From contig JASVEC010000017.1 of assembly GCA_030770535.1 (NCBI GenBank), positions 186,001 through 250,000 of the forward strand: DNA of 64,000 bases. Reading direction: 5' to 3'. Position 1 is the stretch's first letter. The number at the start of each line of letters is the position of its first letter. Origin of the DNA: Batkoa obscura (taxonomy: Eukaryota). Shown here one piece after another: positions 1 through 13,847 of the stretch. The notes under the pieces were generated by a model that ran no database searches, was not told the DNA's origin, and was given only the letters and a program-made list of their open reading frames with translations. A program made the translations under genes and the position numbers.

Positions 1-1553
1 CTCTGATATCGATAGTGTTTCATTGAAATCCATCATTAAAAAATCATTCACTAGTTTTACTCATGAAAAAGTCACTCCTTTAGTTAAAGTAGGCGAAATA
101 GATATCTTAGAATTATTTCATGGTCCTACCTTTGCATTTAAAGATGTAGCATTACAGTTTTTAGGCAATTTATTTGAATTTTTTTTAGCCAAAAAAGAGG
201 ATTTTAAACTTACTGTAGTCGGTGCAACTTCAGGAGATACTGGTAGGTAAGTTACATGAAGGAGAATTTATTTTAAGGTTTTTATAATATGCATAACAAA
301 TCTAATAATTGAGAATAATATATTAAATTTCCTTTTTAATTTAGTGCTGCTATCTATGGTTTAAGAAATAAACCTAATATTAATGTATTTATATTACATC
401 CTTATAATAAAGTAAGTAAAATACAAGAAGCTCAAATGACTTCGGTATTAGATAAAAATGTTTATAATTTAGCAATTGATGGTACATTTGATAATTGTCA
501 GGTAAAATAATAATAATAATAATCTATATTATAAATTTATGATAGAATATTTATTTATTTTTTAATATTTAGGATATTGTCAAAAGCTTATTTTTAGATC
601 AAGAATTAAATCAACAACTCAACTTAGGTGCTGTCAATTCTATCAATTTTGCACGTATATTAGCACAAACAATTTATTATTTTTATTCTTATTTTGAACA
701 TCAACGTAATTACCCAGATTCTACTAACACCATCAATTACTCTGTCCCTACTGGAAACTTTGGAGATATATTAGCAGGATATTATGCTAAACAAATGGGA
801 TTGCCAATTAATAAATTAATAATAGCAACTAATAAAAATGATATATTATATCGTACTTATGAAACTGGGATTTATGACAAATCAAATCAAGTACAACCTT
901 CTCTTTCACCTGCTATGGATATTTTAATATCATCAAATTTTGAAAGATTGATTTATCATTTGACTTTGAAGTTAGAAAAGGATAATGAAAAGACAGGAGA
1001 GAAGATGAAGAATTGGATGACTGAATTTAAAGATAGTCATAAAATTCAATTTTCAAAGGAGTTCATGCAATTATTAAAACAAGATTTCTTGGCTTTTAGA
1101 GTCGATGATGAAGAGGTAAGAAGTTTATTGAGTAATGTAATAATTATAATGTACTAATGTAATTTTAATTTAGATTGTTGAAACTATTAAAGAATGTTAT
1201 CAAACAAATAAATATTTATTAGATCCACATACTGCTGTTGGTTATAAAGCAGCTAATTATTATCTTAAACAAGAGTAAATTTACTATTATCAATGGCAAT
1301 AATAATATACTAATAAATTAATAGTAATTTACCTATTATTACTTTAGCTACTGCTCACCCAGCTAAATTTGAAAGTGCTATTAAATTAGCTATTTCTAAT
1401 TTTGAATCTTTTGATCAAATCATGTTTCATGGTTATTTACCACAACCTTTTTATAATTGGATGCAAAAGGATTTTGTAAAAAATGTTAATAGATTGGAAC
1501 AACCAGATAATAAAAAGGTTAAGGAATTTATTTTAGAAAAGTTAAAGGAATAA
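1..1553 (+). CDS. THR4: Threonine synthase, 5' part outside window; introns approx. 247-344, 502-572, 1116-1173, 1275-1324
   Basis: Motifs ELFHGPTFAFKDVALQ (PLP lysine), GATSGDTGSAA, NSINFARILAQ, VPTGNFGDILAGY, SPAMDILISSNFER, DPHTAVG, LATAHPAKF; GT-AG introns join the frame; stop TAA at 1551-1553. Confidence 0.95.
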
Positions 1554-1779
1554 ATGGGCTTAATTTTATTTTCTATAATAAATATTAGTTTACTTTATTA
1601 ATTTTATGATTTTTAAAATTAGTGACTTTTTTTATTACATCTCTTTTTTTTTTAAGAATAAAAATTTTGATTTTTTTTGATTAATCTAATAAATTTATTA
1701 CTCGTATTTTTTTCTAAACAAAAAGTTACTTTTTTTTCTAAATTTTAAATTTTTCTTTTTTAATAATAAAATATAAATT

Positions 1780-3065
1780 ATGCCAACCATTAGTCCAACA
1801 ATCAATAAACCGGTAAAACAAAAAACAACTCCTCTCTATGAAAAACTTCAAGAATTACCCTTTACTATTTATTATATGCTTCATGAATTATTTGCCGATA
1901 TAATAAGTAACTCATGGATAACTATGATTATTCAAGAATATTTAAGGTAAGTGAAATTAATTAATAGAATTTATTAGAAATTTAATTAATTTAATTAATT
2001 TTAAATCTAGTTTATTTTTAGCTTCAATAATACATTTTATTGTAGTTATAAACTTATTAGATTACCATCAACTTTCAAGTCAATTAGATACTTCAATAAC
2101 TAACAGTTATCTTATTAATCTTATTAATACATCAACTGTTTATTCAATACAACATCAACTATCAAGTAATGGAATTAAAATTATTCTGATGTTAATAATA
2201 AGTTTGGGAAATACAATCTATTTTTTTAAAGGAGTTAAAACTTATTATCTATTTTTTACGGATGTTAATGAAAAACTAGTGGATATTGAAACAGGCTATT
2301 TTAAATCTAAAAGTTTAAGAGTGAAAAGATTATATCATAAAAATAAATGGTGGTGGGATTGGTGGAGGTAAATATTTTGAGTTTCAAATGATTTTAATTG
2401 AGACAAATTAAAAGTTGATTTTTAATTTTAGTAATGAAAAAATAGATTTAACAAATACGAAAGATAGTTATATTGAATTAAGAATGTGGGATATTGATAA
2501 TTTGAAGTTTTATAAGAATTTATTTTGGTAAGTTTATTAAAAGAAATTATTATTGTTATTTAATTATTAATATTTTTTATTTTGATAGTTATTGTTCCCC
2601 ATTGCATTTAATAATTTATTTAATTATAAAAGATAATACGGATTTAATAATGATATTAACATTTAATTTAATATTGAGTTTTATAGTAAGTTATAATATA
2701 CTCTTACTTATTCATTATGTTCATAACTAATCATTAATTAATTATAGTTAAAATATTTAACCTCGCAATATTTACAATTAATTCAAGATAAAGAAATCTT
2801 ATATTCTCAAGTACAAAGAGAATATAATTTAAAATCTGTTTATCCAACTTATCAAAAATATGAGATATTAAGAAATACAGAATCTATTAGAGAAAAAGCA
2901 TTAAATAGAGCTAAACAAAAAGTTAATAATATTAGAAAAGAAATTGTTAATAATAAGTTTGAAAGTAATGAAGAAAGTGATAGTAGTTTTAGTGATAATA
3001 GTGATATTTCGGATACTTATTCTGATATTTCAATTGGTTATTCATCTGCTGTGGAATTAAAGTAA
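1780..3065 (+). CDS. Nur1/Mug154-like (DUF2418) nuclear rim membrane protein, spliced
   Basis: Manual splicing gives hydrophobic N-terminus, then ELRMWD...LFC/YCSPLHL and LIQDKEILYSQVQREYN...VYP, matching my recollection of the Nur1/Mug154 family. Confidence 0.6.
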
Positions 3066-3282
3066 ATGTATGTTTTTTATTAGTTTATTAAATTTATTGT
3101 TATCTATTCAATTCATCTCTTGATTTTTATTACTAATATAATATAACATAATAAATAAACATAACAAATATATAAATTTAAAGTTTAGCTATAGAATTCT
3201 TATTAAAATGATTAAAAAGCAAATTAGAATAGAATACTACTACTACTAAAATCATTCAATAATTCCTATTATTTTGAATAAT

Positions 3283-4481
3283 TCAACTATTTCCTAAATA
3301 AATACCAGGTGTTGGTGAATGTGGTTTTTTAGTTAATGAATAATCTACTCGTATTTTTCGATTATGTAAATACTAAAATAAAAATTTGATTATGATTAAT
3401 GATTCATTAATTAATAAAATATTTACTTTTCCGTCCATCATTCCTTTAGCTTTAGTAGCATCTGATACTGTTGTATATTTAATAAATCCAAACCCACGAG
3501 ATTTATTAGTCTTATATAGAATGAATTAAATAAGAATATATATTATTTATAATAATAATAATAATAACTTACAAATCGATCGTAAATTAATTTAATACTT
3601 ACAATATCACCAAAAGGTAAAAATTCTTTTTCTAAATCATTTTCATTTGTAGATGAATTTAATCCAAATATACCTAATATTTTAGATGGCTTAGCAGCTT
3701 CCTTGTTATTTATTAGTACTCTTTTCTATAAACAATTTAGTTATAATTAATACTATCTGTTTTATATGATCATCATATCTTTTAGCTGTGCGATAATAAT
3801 GATTAGAATAACTTTCATTTATTAATATTTTATTTTATATTGATTCTTATATTAGTATACCTGTATTTTTTATGACTATAATTATAGGGACTTCTAGAAT
3901 GAGATATGAAAATTACTTATTTTAAAAATGATTTAAATTAATTAACTATTACCTATAATAATTCGTATATCTTTTATTTAAATATGTAGTATCTTTTGGA
4001 CTAATGGATCTTGATCTATAATTATTAATATTATATTATATTGATACATTAAAATGTTTACTTTGAATGATATTTACTATTATAATCATTTGAATAATTA
4101 GATTCGGATCTAAAATAATAATAATAAAATAGTAAATTTTTATTAATTTGTTAATACCTTTTATATTTATAATCTTTATAGTCACTTGAAGTATTTGATC
4201 TTAAACAAAAGCTAAATAAACTGCTTTTACATTTTATTCTTATATTTACCTATTATAATCATTATAACCACTATTTGATATTACAATTATTAATATTAAT
4301 AAAATAATGATTAATTATTTTACTTTTTTGATATTTTTTTAGTCAAATAAGATTTATTAATTTCATCTGAATAATTATCTCTTGAATCCAATTCATCATT
4401 GGTACTGTGATAAATCTTTTGAAAAAAAGGATAAGCAATTTAGTTTATTACCAAAACTTAAATCACCTTTTCTTTTTCCAT
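3283..4481 (-). CDS. Transformer-2-like RRM splicing regulator, many small exons
   Basis: RRM ILGIFGL...KSRGFGFIKY followed by the Tra2 hallmark RKIRVDYSLTKKPHSPTPGIYLG; 5' micro-exons encode R/S/Y-rich sequence (RSRSISP, RSPY); start codon tentative. Confidence 0.8.
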
Positions 4482-4629
4482 AATATTAAAAATAAAAACT
4501 ATTAAACCCCTTCTTCTCTTATCAACTATATATAACTTCAATGTAAATGCATTATATAAAATAACGATACAAAAAAAATGCATTTTTAAATAATTTTTAA
4601 ATAATTTTTAACTAATTTTTAACTAATTT

Positions 4630-4845
4630 TTATTTACCAATACAAAAACCTTTAAATAATTGATCTAGTACTTGATCATGAGTAATTATACCTGTTATAT
4701 TACCAATTTCTTGTGCTACTAATTTTAAATGTTCAGAAGCTAATACAATATCTATATCTATAATATCTAATTTTATATTATTAGTATTAATATTAATATA
4801 AATTATTATTTTATAGTCAGTAATAAGTTATTAATTATTATTACA

Positions 4846-4896
<51 letters not shown>

Positions 4897-6890
4897 TCTT
4901 ACCTAAAAATAATTGTAATTCTTGTTTGGCTTTATTTAAATGAATACGATGCCTTTCATTTGTTATTATACTTGATTCTAATATATTATCTTCAAATCTA
5001 TATAAATAAAAGAAAATTAATTCATTACATTATAACAAATAGAATAATAAAATTTACTTATTTTTTAGATAATTTGATAGTTCATTTAAAAATTCATCTA
5101 AATTTTGATTATATTTACAAGAAATAAATATATAATTTAATATAATTTCATGTTGATTAAATATTCTCTTTAAATATTCTTTGATTCTTTGTTTTTCACT
5201 TTCATTTATATTTTCTGATTTATTAATTAATATCATTGTTGGTATTTTTAAATTTAATTTATTATTATTTAATAACTTATTATTATTATTATTGTTATTA
5301 TTATCATTATTTAATAGCTCCATCCCATCAAATACTAATAAATTGATATCCGAATTATCCCCTCTAAAGTTAAGCAACTATTATTAATAAATGTATTATT
5401 ATTATTAAATATATTATTATTATTAAATATATTATATTATTAAATAATCGTTTTTACATTTTCAAAGCTCTTTTAACTCCTTCTTTTTCAATCGGATCCA
5501 AAGTATCTCTAATTCCAGCCGTATCATTAATAATCAATGGTAAACCATCTAAATTAATAGTTCCACTGACAATATCTCTTGTTGTTCCTGGGATATTAGA
5601 GACTATTGCTAATTCTTTTTGAACTATTATAAAAATAAAATATTATTATACTATTAATAATAATAATATTATTATTATTACCAAAATAATTCAATAAACT
5701 AGATTTTCCAGCATTAGGTGGACCTAAGATTGTTAATTTAATACCATTCATTAAGATCTCTCCTCTTCTTTGGTCATTTAAATAATAATTCATTTGTTTT
5801 AAGATCTTAATCCCATTCTCTTTAGCTATAATAAATTAAAATTAAACTAAGATTAAAAATTGTAATAATTATTCATAAAATAATACTTACCTTTATTTAA
5901 AACCACACTATCAATTTCTTCGTCTTCTGAAAAATCAATAAAAGCTTCTAATGTAGCTAAACTATCAATTATTTGAGTTCGAATATTATCATAAATCTTT
6001 TTAGTTTCCCCCTATGATATAAAAATTTAAAAAGTTTTTATTAATTTCTCTTATGTATATAACTTTTTTATAACAAATCAACTTACCGATACTTGTTTTA
6101 ATGCCAATTTCAATTGTGCATCTGTTTCTGAGTTTAACAGATCTTGTAAACCTTCTACTTCTGTTAAGTCCAGTTTGTTGTTAAAAAAGGCTCTAAATAA
6201 AAAAACTATCAACATCCATCTTATCACCTTCCTCCTCGCACCACCTTACCTTTTAATAAACTCTCCATTTTCCGCCACTCTATAAACAAATCTGTCTTCA
6301 TTCCTATTATGAAATCCATTCAACTCCTCAATCCCCTTTAATACTTTTTTCACTACTGCTAAACTACCATGTAAATTAAGTTCGACTATATCTTCCCCAG
6401 TGAATGTATTTGGTCCTTTAAAATAACATATCATTCCATAATCCACTGTCGATTGAGATTTAGGTTCAATGATTTTACAATAAGTCATTTTTCTTTCGAT
6501 TATTTGAATTTCCTTATCCGAAGTTTTCTTTCTTGTAAGTTTTTTCAATGCCTAATTAAAGAAAAACGAAAATTGGTGATGAATTAGTAAGTGAAGTAAT
6601 GGATTAATGAGAGTTAGATGTTGATTTCGAACATTGTAGACTATAAATATTAAAAAAATACTTACCGATAATGAACCTGGTCCTGATAATCTGATCACAG
6701 CTATACCGGACTTCACTGCGGCAGTAGATAAGGCATATATAGTATCCTTATTATTATTGGTTCTTATATAATGGGAATAGTAACGATGGGTTGGTAATAA
6801 ATTATTGTAAATTCTTTTATTTTTTTTTATAACATTGGGATTGATTTTAAATTGTATTAGTTTTGTTATTGTTAGTAGTTTCATGTTCAT
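4630..6890 (-). CDS. MSS1: Mitochondrial tRNA-modification GTPase MSS1/GTPBP3 (MnmE family), spliced
   Basis: [60 protein letters not shown] and C-terminal FCIGK*; basic N-terminal presequence. Confidence 0.95.
4846..4895. repeat. (TAT)n microsatellite in an MSS1 intron
   Basis: Uninterrupted run of TAT triplets. Confidence 0.9.
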
Positions 6891-8743
6891 GGTTGATAAA
6901 TTATTTTATGTTATTTTTTTCTATATTAAAGATTAAAGATGAGTTAAACAGAATCTACTTTTTAAAAATTATTAACCTGAAATACTAGAATTTTATGGGG
7001 TTTATTTTATCCCTTAAAATGAATATCTAGCATTGGCTTAATAAAGATATTAGAAAATATCAAATTATTGCTTTATTAGATTTAAAAAGCAGATAAGTAA
7101 ATAGTTAATTATAATAATTTGTTTTTTTATATTTTCAAAGGCCCAAGGGGAGGGGCTTTGTGTTTATTAATTTAGAAGGATTAGAGTAGAGGAAGGCTTA
7201 AGGAGGAATAAAGTCAAACAGGGGGCGGACTTTACAGAAGTTCGTAAAGGCCTCCACTATATTACAATTAAGACCAGCCATGAAAGTGGGAATTAATGCT
7301 TTGATAGTATCTTTTTTTCTATGAGTAAGTATGGGGATGGAAAACCTGAATTCAGTAAGAATGAGGTTCAAGCATTTGGAATAGAGAATTATACATGATT
7401 TAAATTCATTTGATTTAGTGTACATGGATCAGCCTTAAAACATTACTAGGTTATTAAGGTATTACTTTTGACGCTCAAATCGAAAAGATTTTGCCTTTAA
7501 TCCAAAACTTCAAAACTTAGACGGATAACTACCAATAGTAATCAACTCATCCTTCTAATCTTTGCAACTTAATTTATTAGCAAATAGTTTTTTAAGATTA
7601 GTAGTCAATATTTGGTATAAGTGCCTCCAAAGGTTAATTTATTACTTACAAGTAAACTGTTCTTTGGGTTGCGTTTTGGCGATATATTTAATTAATTGAT
7701 TAAATAGAGACAAATACGAGCTTCCGAAGGCTGGGACGAATTAAAACTACCACAAGGGTAGCAACGATATGGAGACTGCCTGGAGAAATATACTGAACAC
7801 CAGATTTAAACCATATTTATCAGCATAATGAAGTAAGTGTAAAAACTAAAAAACTAACCAAAAAGGCTAAATAAAAAGCTTGACTAACTTGGAGTAGCAT
7901 CCCAAGATTTGAATCTGAAAATAATAAAAAATGCTTACTTTTAATTGGTTTTACTATGATTTACTTTGACTGGCGAAATTAGCCAATTTCTAGATTTTGA
8001 ATTCACCAAATCTATTAGGATCAAACTCAAAACTACAAAACATTCCAAAAAGTTCCAAGTTGAAAAATTCAAACTTTGATACCTTGAGCCTTGTAAATAT
8101 CATATTGAATGTAATGTTGTGACTATTTCTTAGCACTACAGTTGGACTTATTTAGCTGCTTTGGAAAGACCTGGACTTTTACTTTAAATAATATAAGTAC
8201 ACATATTAATTTTTAATAAATATTATCTTGAAATTTAAATAATAATTTGATTTATTTTTGGTTTTGATATTTCTTTATCTTATTTGTAATGTTATTGATA
8301 AAAAACTTTCCTAATTGATTTAAAAGATTTTACTAGTTATAAGCATTAGCTTTTAATTAGTCAAAAACAATTAATATAAAATATAAAATAATAAGTTTTT
8401 TAATTTAATTTTTTACAAATATAATATTAAAACTTTTTTAAAAAACTATTATAAATTTATCCCACTTAATAAGTCATCTGTCAAATGCATATCATTTATT
8501 GATAATATAATTATAGCTTATAAAAATCAATACAAAGTTAATATTTTTAAAAACATTTTTATTTCACAAAAAAACAGCAAATATAAAATTAATTTAAATA
8601 AAACAATAAGTAAAATTCAAATTTTTAATAATAAACAATAATAAAACTATTATTATACCTCAAGCATTCTATTTTGATATTTAGGTATTTAATTTAATAA
8701 TTAAAAAATCAGTATTAAAAAGATATTTAAAAAAACTATAAAT

Positions 8744-9190
8744 TATGAAAATTAATACTTGATAATCAAAGTTAAAAGCAGTTTTTACTTAATCAACTGA
8801 CTGTAATTAAATTTTTTTAATTTATATAATTAAAACAAATTCAAAATAATAAAAACAACATATAAAAAGCTATAAACTATATAAAATAAATAACACTATT
8901 ACAAAATATCATAAAACTTAATAACTTTATTAAAAAGTATAACATTAAGGAATAATTTAATAAAAAAGCTTTTTTTATATTTTAAATAAATGGCTATATA
9001 TAAAAAACATAATAACAGTTATAATTTATTATTGTAATTGTCAAATATAAATATGGGGGTGTTTTTTTTGGCTTCATTACTTTTTCCATTTTTTAAGCGC
9101 TATTTGAGTGGAAAGATTGTTAGTAAAATTCTTAAACAAAAAAATACATCTTCATATCGAAATGAGATGATATTTTTTACAATTAAGTGG
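8744..9190 (-). mobile_element. Old AT-decayed LTR, inverted relative to the copy at 9191-9671, interrupted by a MITE
   Basis: Colinear with the reverse complement of the LTR (e.g. agttaaaagcagtt, tggctatatataa..aacat.ataacagtta) with many G>A/C>T changes. Confidence 0.7.
9051..9157 (+). mobile_element. ~100-bp MITE, family A
   Basis: Termini ATATGGGG(A/G)TGT...ACATC(C/T)(C/T)CATAT; core aagcgctatttgagtggaaagattgttagtaaaattcttaaac shared with about 11 other copies. Confidence 0.85.
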
Positions 9191-9671
9191 TTTGAAATAT
9201 CGCTTCATTAGCTCTAGGATTGATTATAACATAACAATCAATTCAGGGTTCCTTATATAGATTTGCTGTGAGAATTGCTACTACCTGATCACGAAGAACT
9301 TATTGCCCACGTTTTAATGTCCATACTTGGTAACTATAATAAGGAATAACTGTTATAATGTTCCTTATATATAGCCACCCAGTTGGAGTATAAAAGAAAT
9401 TCTTCAACATACCAACTCGAGGCTTTTTAATTGAGCTACTCCTTGATATCGTACCATTAATAAAGCCACTAAGTCTTTCTGACAATATCTTACGTAGATT
9501 TTACAGTAGTATCTTTTATTCTATTTGTTTTACATAGTTCGTAATTTATTACGTATTATTCTTATTCATTTAAGTCTATCTTAGTTACATAAACTAAGAC
9601 CGTTCGACTCAAGGCAAGTTAATTAAGCAAGAACTGCTTTTAACTCCTACCACTGAGTACCAACTTTCACA
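9191..9671 (+). mobile_element. Solo LTR, copy A (strand arbitrary)
   Basis: Homologous to 41184-41647 and 52413-52873; ends T(T)TGAAA...TTTCACA; flanks do not give a clean TSD. Confidence 0.8.
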
Positions 9672-10553
9672 GTCTATAGGAAATAGAAAAATTAGTAGAT
9701 CAACTCCAGCTTATCTTACAAAAATAACAGAAAATTTAAAAGTTTCAATATTTACTAAGCAATTAAGTAGCTCATTAAATGATAGAAATCAACTATTAAA
9801 TGTTAATATTACTTAAACTATTAAGAGCTAAGTTAATAAATAGTTAAAGAGCAAGTAGCTATAATAATAAATAAAAACTATCATTATATTGCTTTTATTA
9901 CACAGGGATGGTTAATTATAGTTTTGGGGCTAACCACTCCCTCCCGTGCAGCTATTTATTAACTTAGTGATGTATTAATAATGTAACTATGATATTAAAA
10001 TAATTTATTTATTTGGTAGCAAATATGCAATATTGGCTATAAAGCAGTCAATGATAAATATCTCTCAATGAAGTTTTATAGGAATATGTATTTATTTACA
10101 TACTATAACTTTGATTAGTATCAGTGTATAGGTTATGTTGGTAAAAGCCTTACTAATCCGGGAATTTGCATTAAATTTAACAGAAATTCTGCTAACTTAT
10201 GATATAAATTATAACAGAATAACTTAAAATTGTGTTAGGTACTTTTGGTTTTTAATAAAGAGTTTATTTTACAAAATTTTAAGCAAAGTTTTAAATTTTA
10301 AATTTTTTAAAAATTGGATAAAAAATGAACCCAATTCGGACATCCCTATATAATAAAAAGTATTGAATAATAATATTTAAAAATCAATAAATCTTTAAAA
10401 ATATGACTTACTTTTTATAAAAAATAAACTTTTTTCTAAGTTTTATTTTATTAAAAAATATAATAAAATACATATAAATATAGTTTCAGATATAACATTT
10501 ATATATATTATTATAAAAATAGAAATTTAAAAACTTATTATAGCAGAAATAAT

Positions 10554-10760
10554 ATATGGGGATGTATTTTTGTGTTTAAGAATTTTACTAACAATTTTTT
10601 TATTCAAATAGCGCTTAAAAGATAGAAAAAATAATGAAACCAAAAAAAACACCCCCATATGTAGGAGTGTTTTTTGATTTCATCACTTTTTCCATTTTAA
10701 GCGCTATTTGAGTGAAAAGATTGTTAGTAGAATTCTTAAACAAAAAATGCATCTTTATAT
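10554..10760. mobile_element. Two family-A MITEs abutting in inverted orientation
   Basis: 10554-10660 is a reverse copy and ~10659-10760 a forward copy. Confidence 0.85.
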
Positions 10761-11086
10761 ATATTACACTTAAAATGCTTTTTATTATTATTAATAAATT
10801 AAACATAAAAATTAAAACTTAATTAAAAAAGCTTATAAATGTTTTTTATACATTTTATAAGATTTTATTAAATAAAAAAATGTCTAAATCTATATAATTT
10901 TATTGTTTTTTTACTTGTTTTATTTTTTTACTCAAAACTATCCCAGAACTCGAATTATTTACCTAAAAAAAAATAAAAGCTTAAATTTAAACAATATCAT
11001 ATTATTTTGATTATTTTAAATTATCAGCTGGTAATCCTTTAATGCTGGTTAATACTGTGACCTTGTTATTTCACATTTAATTAAGT

Positions 11087-11192
11087 ATATGAGGATGTAT
11101 TTTTTTGTTTAAGAATTTTATTAACAATCTTTCCACTCAAATAGCGCTTAAAAATGGAAAAAGTGATGAAGCCAAAAAAAACATTCCCATAT
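11087..11192 (-). mobile_element. Family-A MITE
   Basis: Same core and termini, ATAT on both sides. Confidence 0.85.
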
Positions 11193-12833
11193 ATAGATCT
11201 GTGTATAAATCTGTTATATATAATTTTTTTGTGTCCAAGGTTAACATTATTGAATTCAATTTACTTTCTGTAATCCAACAATCTACTTTTTTTTTCTATC
11301 TTACTCATTGTTTTCAATGCTATTACTTCCATTATCCTTTTTTTATACTCAACATTATGACAATACTTGATGCCTAGTTAATTCTAAGATTTTAAATACA
11401 CTAAAAGTGCTAACTAAAATTTATTATTTGACATTTGACTAGAAAATACAACGAGATTGTTTAGGTCATACTGCTGCTATTAATCGATTTAAAGATTATA
11501 AAGACCATTTAATAATTAAAGTTTAAATTCCAAGTCGTGTTTGATATAATCCTTCCTGTATGTCAAATTGCCCATTGCTATTTAAAGCCAATTAAAAATA
11601 CATTATTTTATTTTAAACTGGTTTTCAATACAAGCTTTACTATTTTATCATATGTTATAATGTGACATTATAAAGAGTTCAATGGCCTATTAGCGTGGGT
11701 TATCTTGGATTATTTTAATCATTATTTAATCAAGTTCACAAATATATTCTATTATAATGTTTTTAGAATATTAAAGTAAAGTTGCTAAATTTTTAAAATT
11801 GGAAAGCTTAATTTTATAATATTACTTATTAAAAAGTATACACTTTAACTAACAATTCATTTTTAGTATTTTACTACATTATGATCCACTTTTAATGGAG
11901 ATATAAAATAGTTAATTCTAAGGTTTTTTTCAACTTAGCTTAATAAAATAGGGATAGATTATTATATAAATAATAATTTTAATAAAACTTTAAGGATTTT
12001 AACTAATTTTAGATTTGACTATGATCACAGTTTTAAATCTTATTTTGAAACTAAGTGTAGGGGAAAGTGGTGAGCTTTAATAAATTATTTGAAATAACTT
12101 AATTTATTACAAATATTAGTTTGGGGAAACAGAAACTAAACAAAACTTTGCTTTTTCATTTAACTCTATAATTGTATAAATTAAAAGATTTTATACACTA
12201 CATCAAGTTTTTTTATTTGAAATAAGATACAAAATAAAGAATAAATAAAAAAATAAACTAGTTATTAATCATAATTTAATCAAATAAAAAGAAATTAAAG
12301 TTACAATATATTTCCAAATGCTACTTTTTTTTATTCAATTGATTTCTACTACCTTTTTTATCACTAATTTATCGACTTTAAGTTAACTATTTTATTTACC
12401 CCACTTCAACTTAGCTTAACCATGATTTAACTAGGCTGGGTATAGTTAAAGCGATCAATTATTGGTTAATTTAACACAATATTTTAAAACAAGATAAATA
12501 AAATAAATATTAATTTATACAAAAAATGAAAGATTCGTTATAATATAACTATACAATTATTAAAATTAACGAAAAAGACAACAATAGAATAAGAAATTGA
12601 TATACTTTATATAAAATATTTATCAATATTGAAAATGGAATTGACAACCAATTATATTACTAGGGATGCGATTTGATTGAAAAGGGGTTATGAGATGTTA
12701 TATGGGGTGTATTAAAAAGGAAAATCAGGTAATAACGGTGATTAGTATATAAAAGAAAAAAAATAGTACTTAAAATAAAAAATAGTTTTAATTCTAAATA
12801 TTAATAATAAATTCAACTTTAAATCAACATAAA

Positions 12834-13847
12834 ATGGATTTAAAAGAATGGTATGATTTTATAAAGAGTGAAGATTCAAGCTGGTGTGGGAATGACGATA
12901 GACAACCACAAAGGAGGACAATTAATGGAAGAGGTGGAAACTGGATTGATATTAAATTCAATAATATTAATAAATTTATGAGATTTAATTTAATGAATTG
13001 TAATATAATAAAATGCACTAAATGTTTGACGAGTTTTATAAGTTATGATCATTCTCAACTTATCTGTTGTAATCAAATAATTGAAATGAAACATAAGGAT
13101 ACTAGTAAAAGTAGTAAAAGTAAGAATATGGAGAATAATAATTTTATAAATTTTAGTAAATTTATTAAAAAATATGGCAATCATTACATTAATAAGAGTT
13201 CCCATTTATTGTTTTTGAACTATGAATTACCTCAATTTGAAGAAACATGTCAAGCTATTATGGTTATTAATAACTCAACATTTCGTATTTATAATTTATA
13301 TGGATTAGAATTGATGGAAGCCATGGAAGTAGATGATAAATTAAAGTATGAATTAAATCAACAGCACAATAAAATATTAATAAAAAAAGAAAAAAAGAGA
13401 TTTAATTTAATATTGTTTAATTATAAACATTATAAATTATTAAATAAATTATTAAATCAAATTGAACCTATTAGAAGGAGTGCTAAAAAAATTATTACAA
13501 AGTCATCTAATTCATATTTTGGTTTAAAGATCCTTAAAAAGAAATTTAAAAAAGAATTCAAATCAAATGCAAATACTCCTCCAACCCCTACCTCCACTAT
13601 AACTAATTATAATTTATCTTCCCCATTTTCAATCTATAAAAACACCTTTTTATCTACTCCTAATTTAATTTATCCTTTTTATTCTAATGATATATTAAGT
13701 ATAAGATCCTCTATCTCCTCTTCAGAATCTTCCCAATCTTCAATCCCATCTTCTCCACTAAATTTAAATTTATATTATCAACCAAATTTAGATATGGATA
13801 TTGATGACCTTTTGTTTAAATTTCCTACACCTCCTCCTAGATTTTGA
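12834..13847 (+). CDS. Hypothetical intronless protein, 337 aa; possible PH-like middle region, S/P-rich tail
   Basis: Long ORF in AT-rich DNA with TATA-like sequence upstream; no family recognised. Confidence 0.7.
   Translation: MDLKEWYDFIKSEDSSWCGNDDRQPQRRTINGRGGNWIDIKFNNINKFMRFNLMNCNIIKCTKCLTSFISYDHSQLICCNQIIEMKHKDTSKSSKSKNMENNNFINFSKFIKKYGNHYINKSSHLLFLNYELPQFEETCQAIMVINNSTFRIYNLYGLELMEAMEVDDKLKYELNQQHNKILIKKEKKRFNLILFNYKHYKLLNKLLNQIEPIRRSAKKIITKSSNSYFGLKILKKKFKKEFKSNANTPPTPTSTITNYNLSSPFSIYKNTFLSTPNLIYPFYSNDILSIRSSISSSESSQSSIPSSPLNLNLYYQPNLDMDIDDLLFKFPTPPPRF

Noticed and set aside
7140..8180. Relatively GC-rich stretch with a 75-aa minus-strand ORF and a CxxC, possibly a LINE 3' remnant
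   Set aside because: No recognisable RT or endonuclease motif; cannot be supported without a search
9300..11377. Short ORFs 9300-9485, 10615-10806 and 11105-11377 (also 52187-52369, 59125-59454)
   Set aside because: They are chance frames within LTR or MITE sequence
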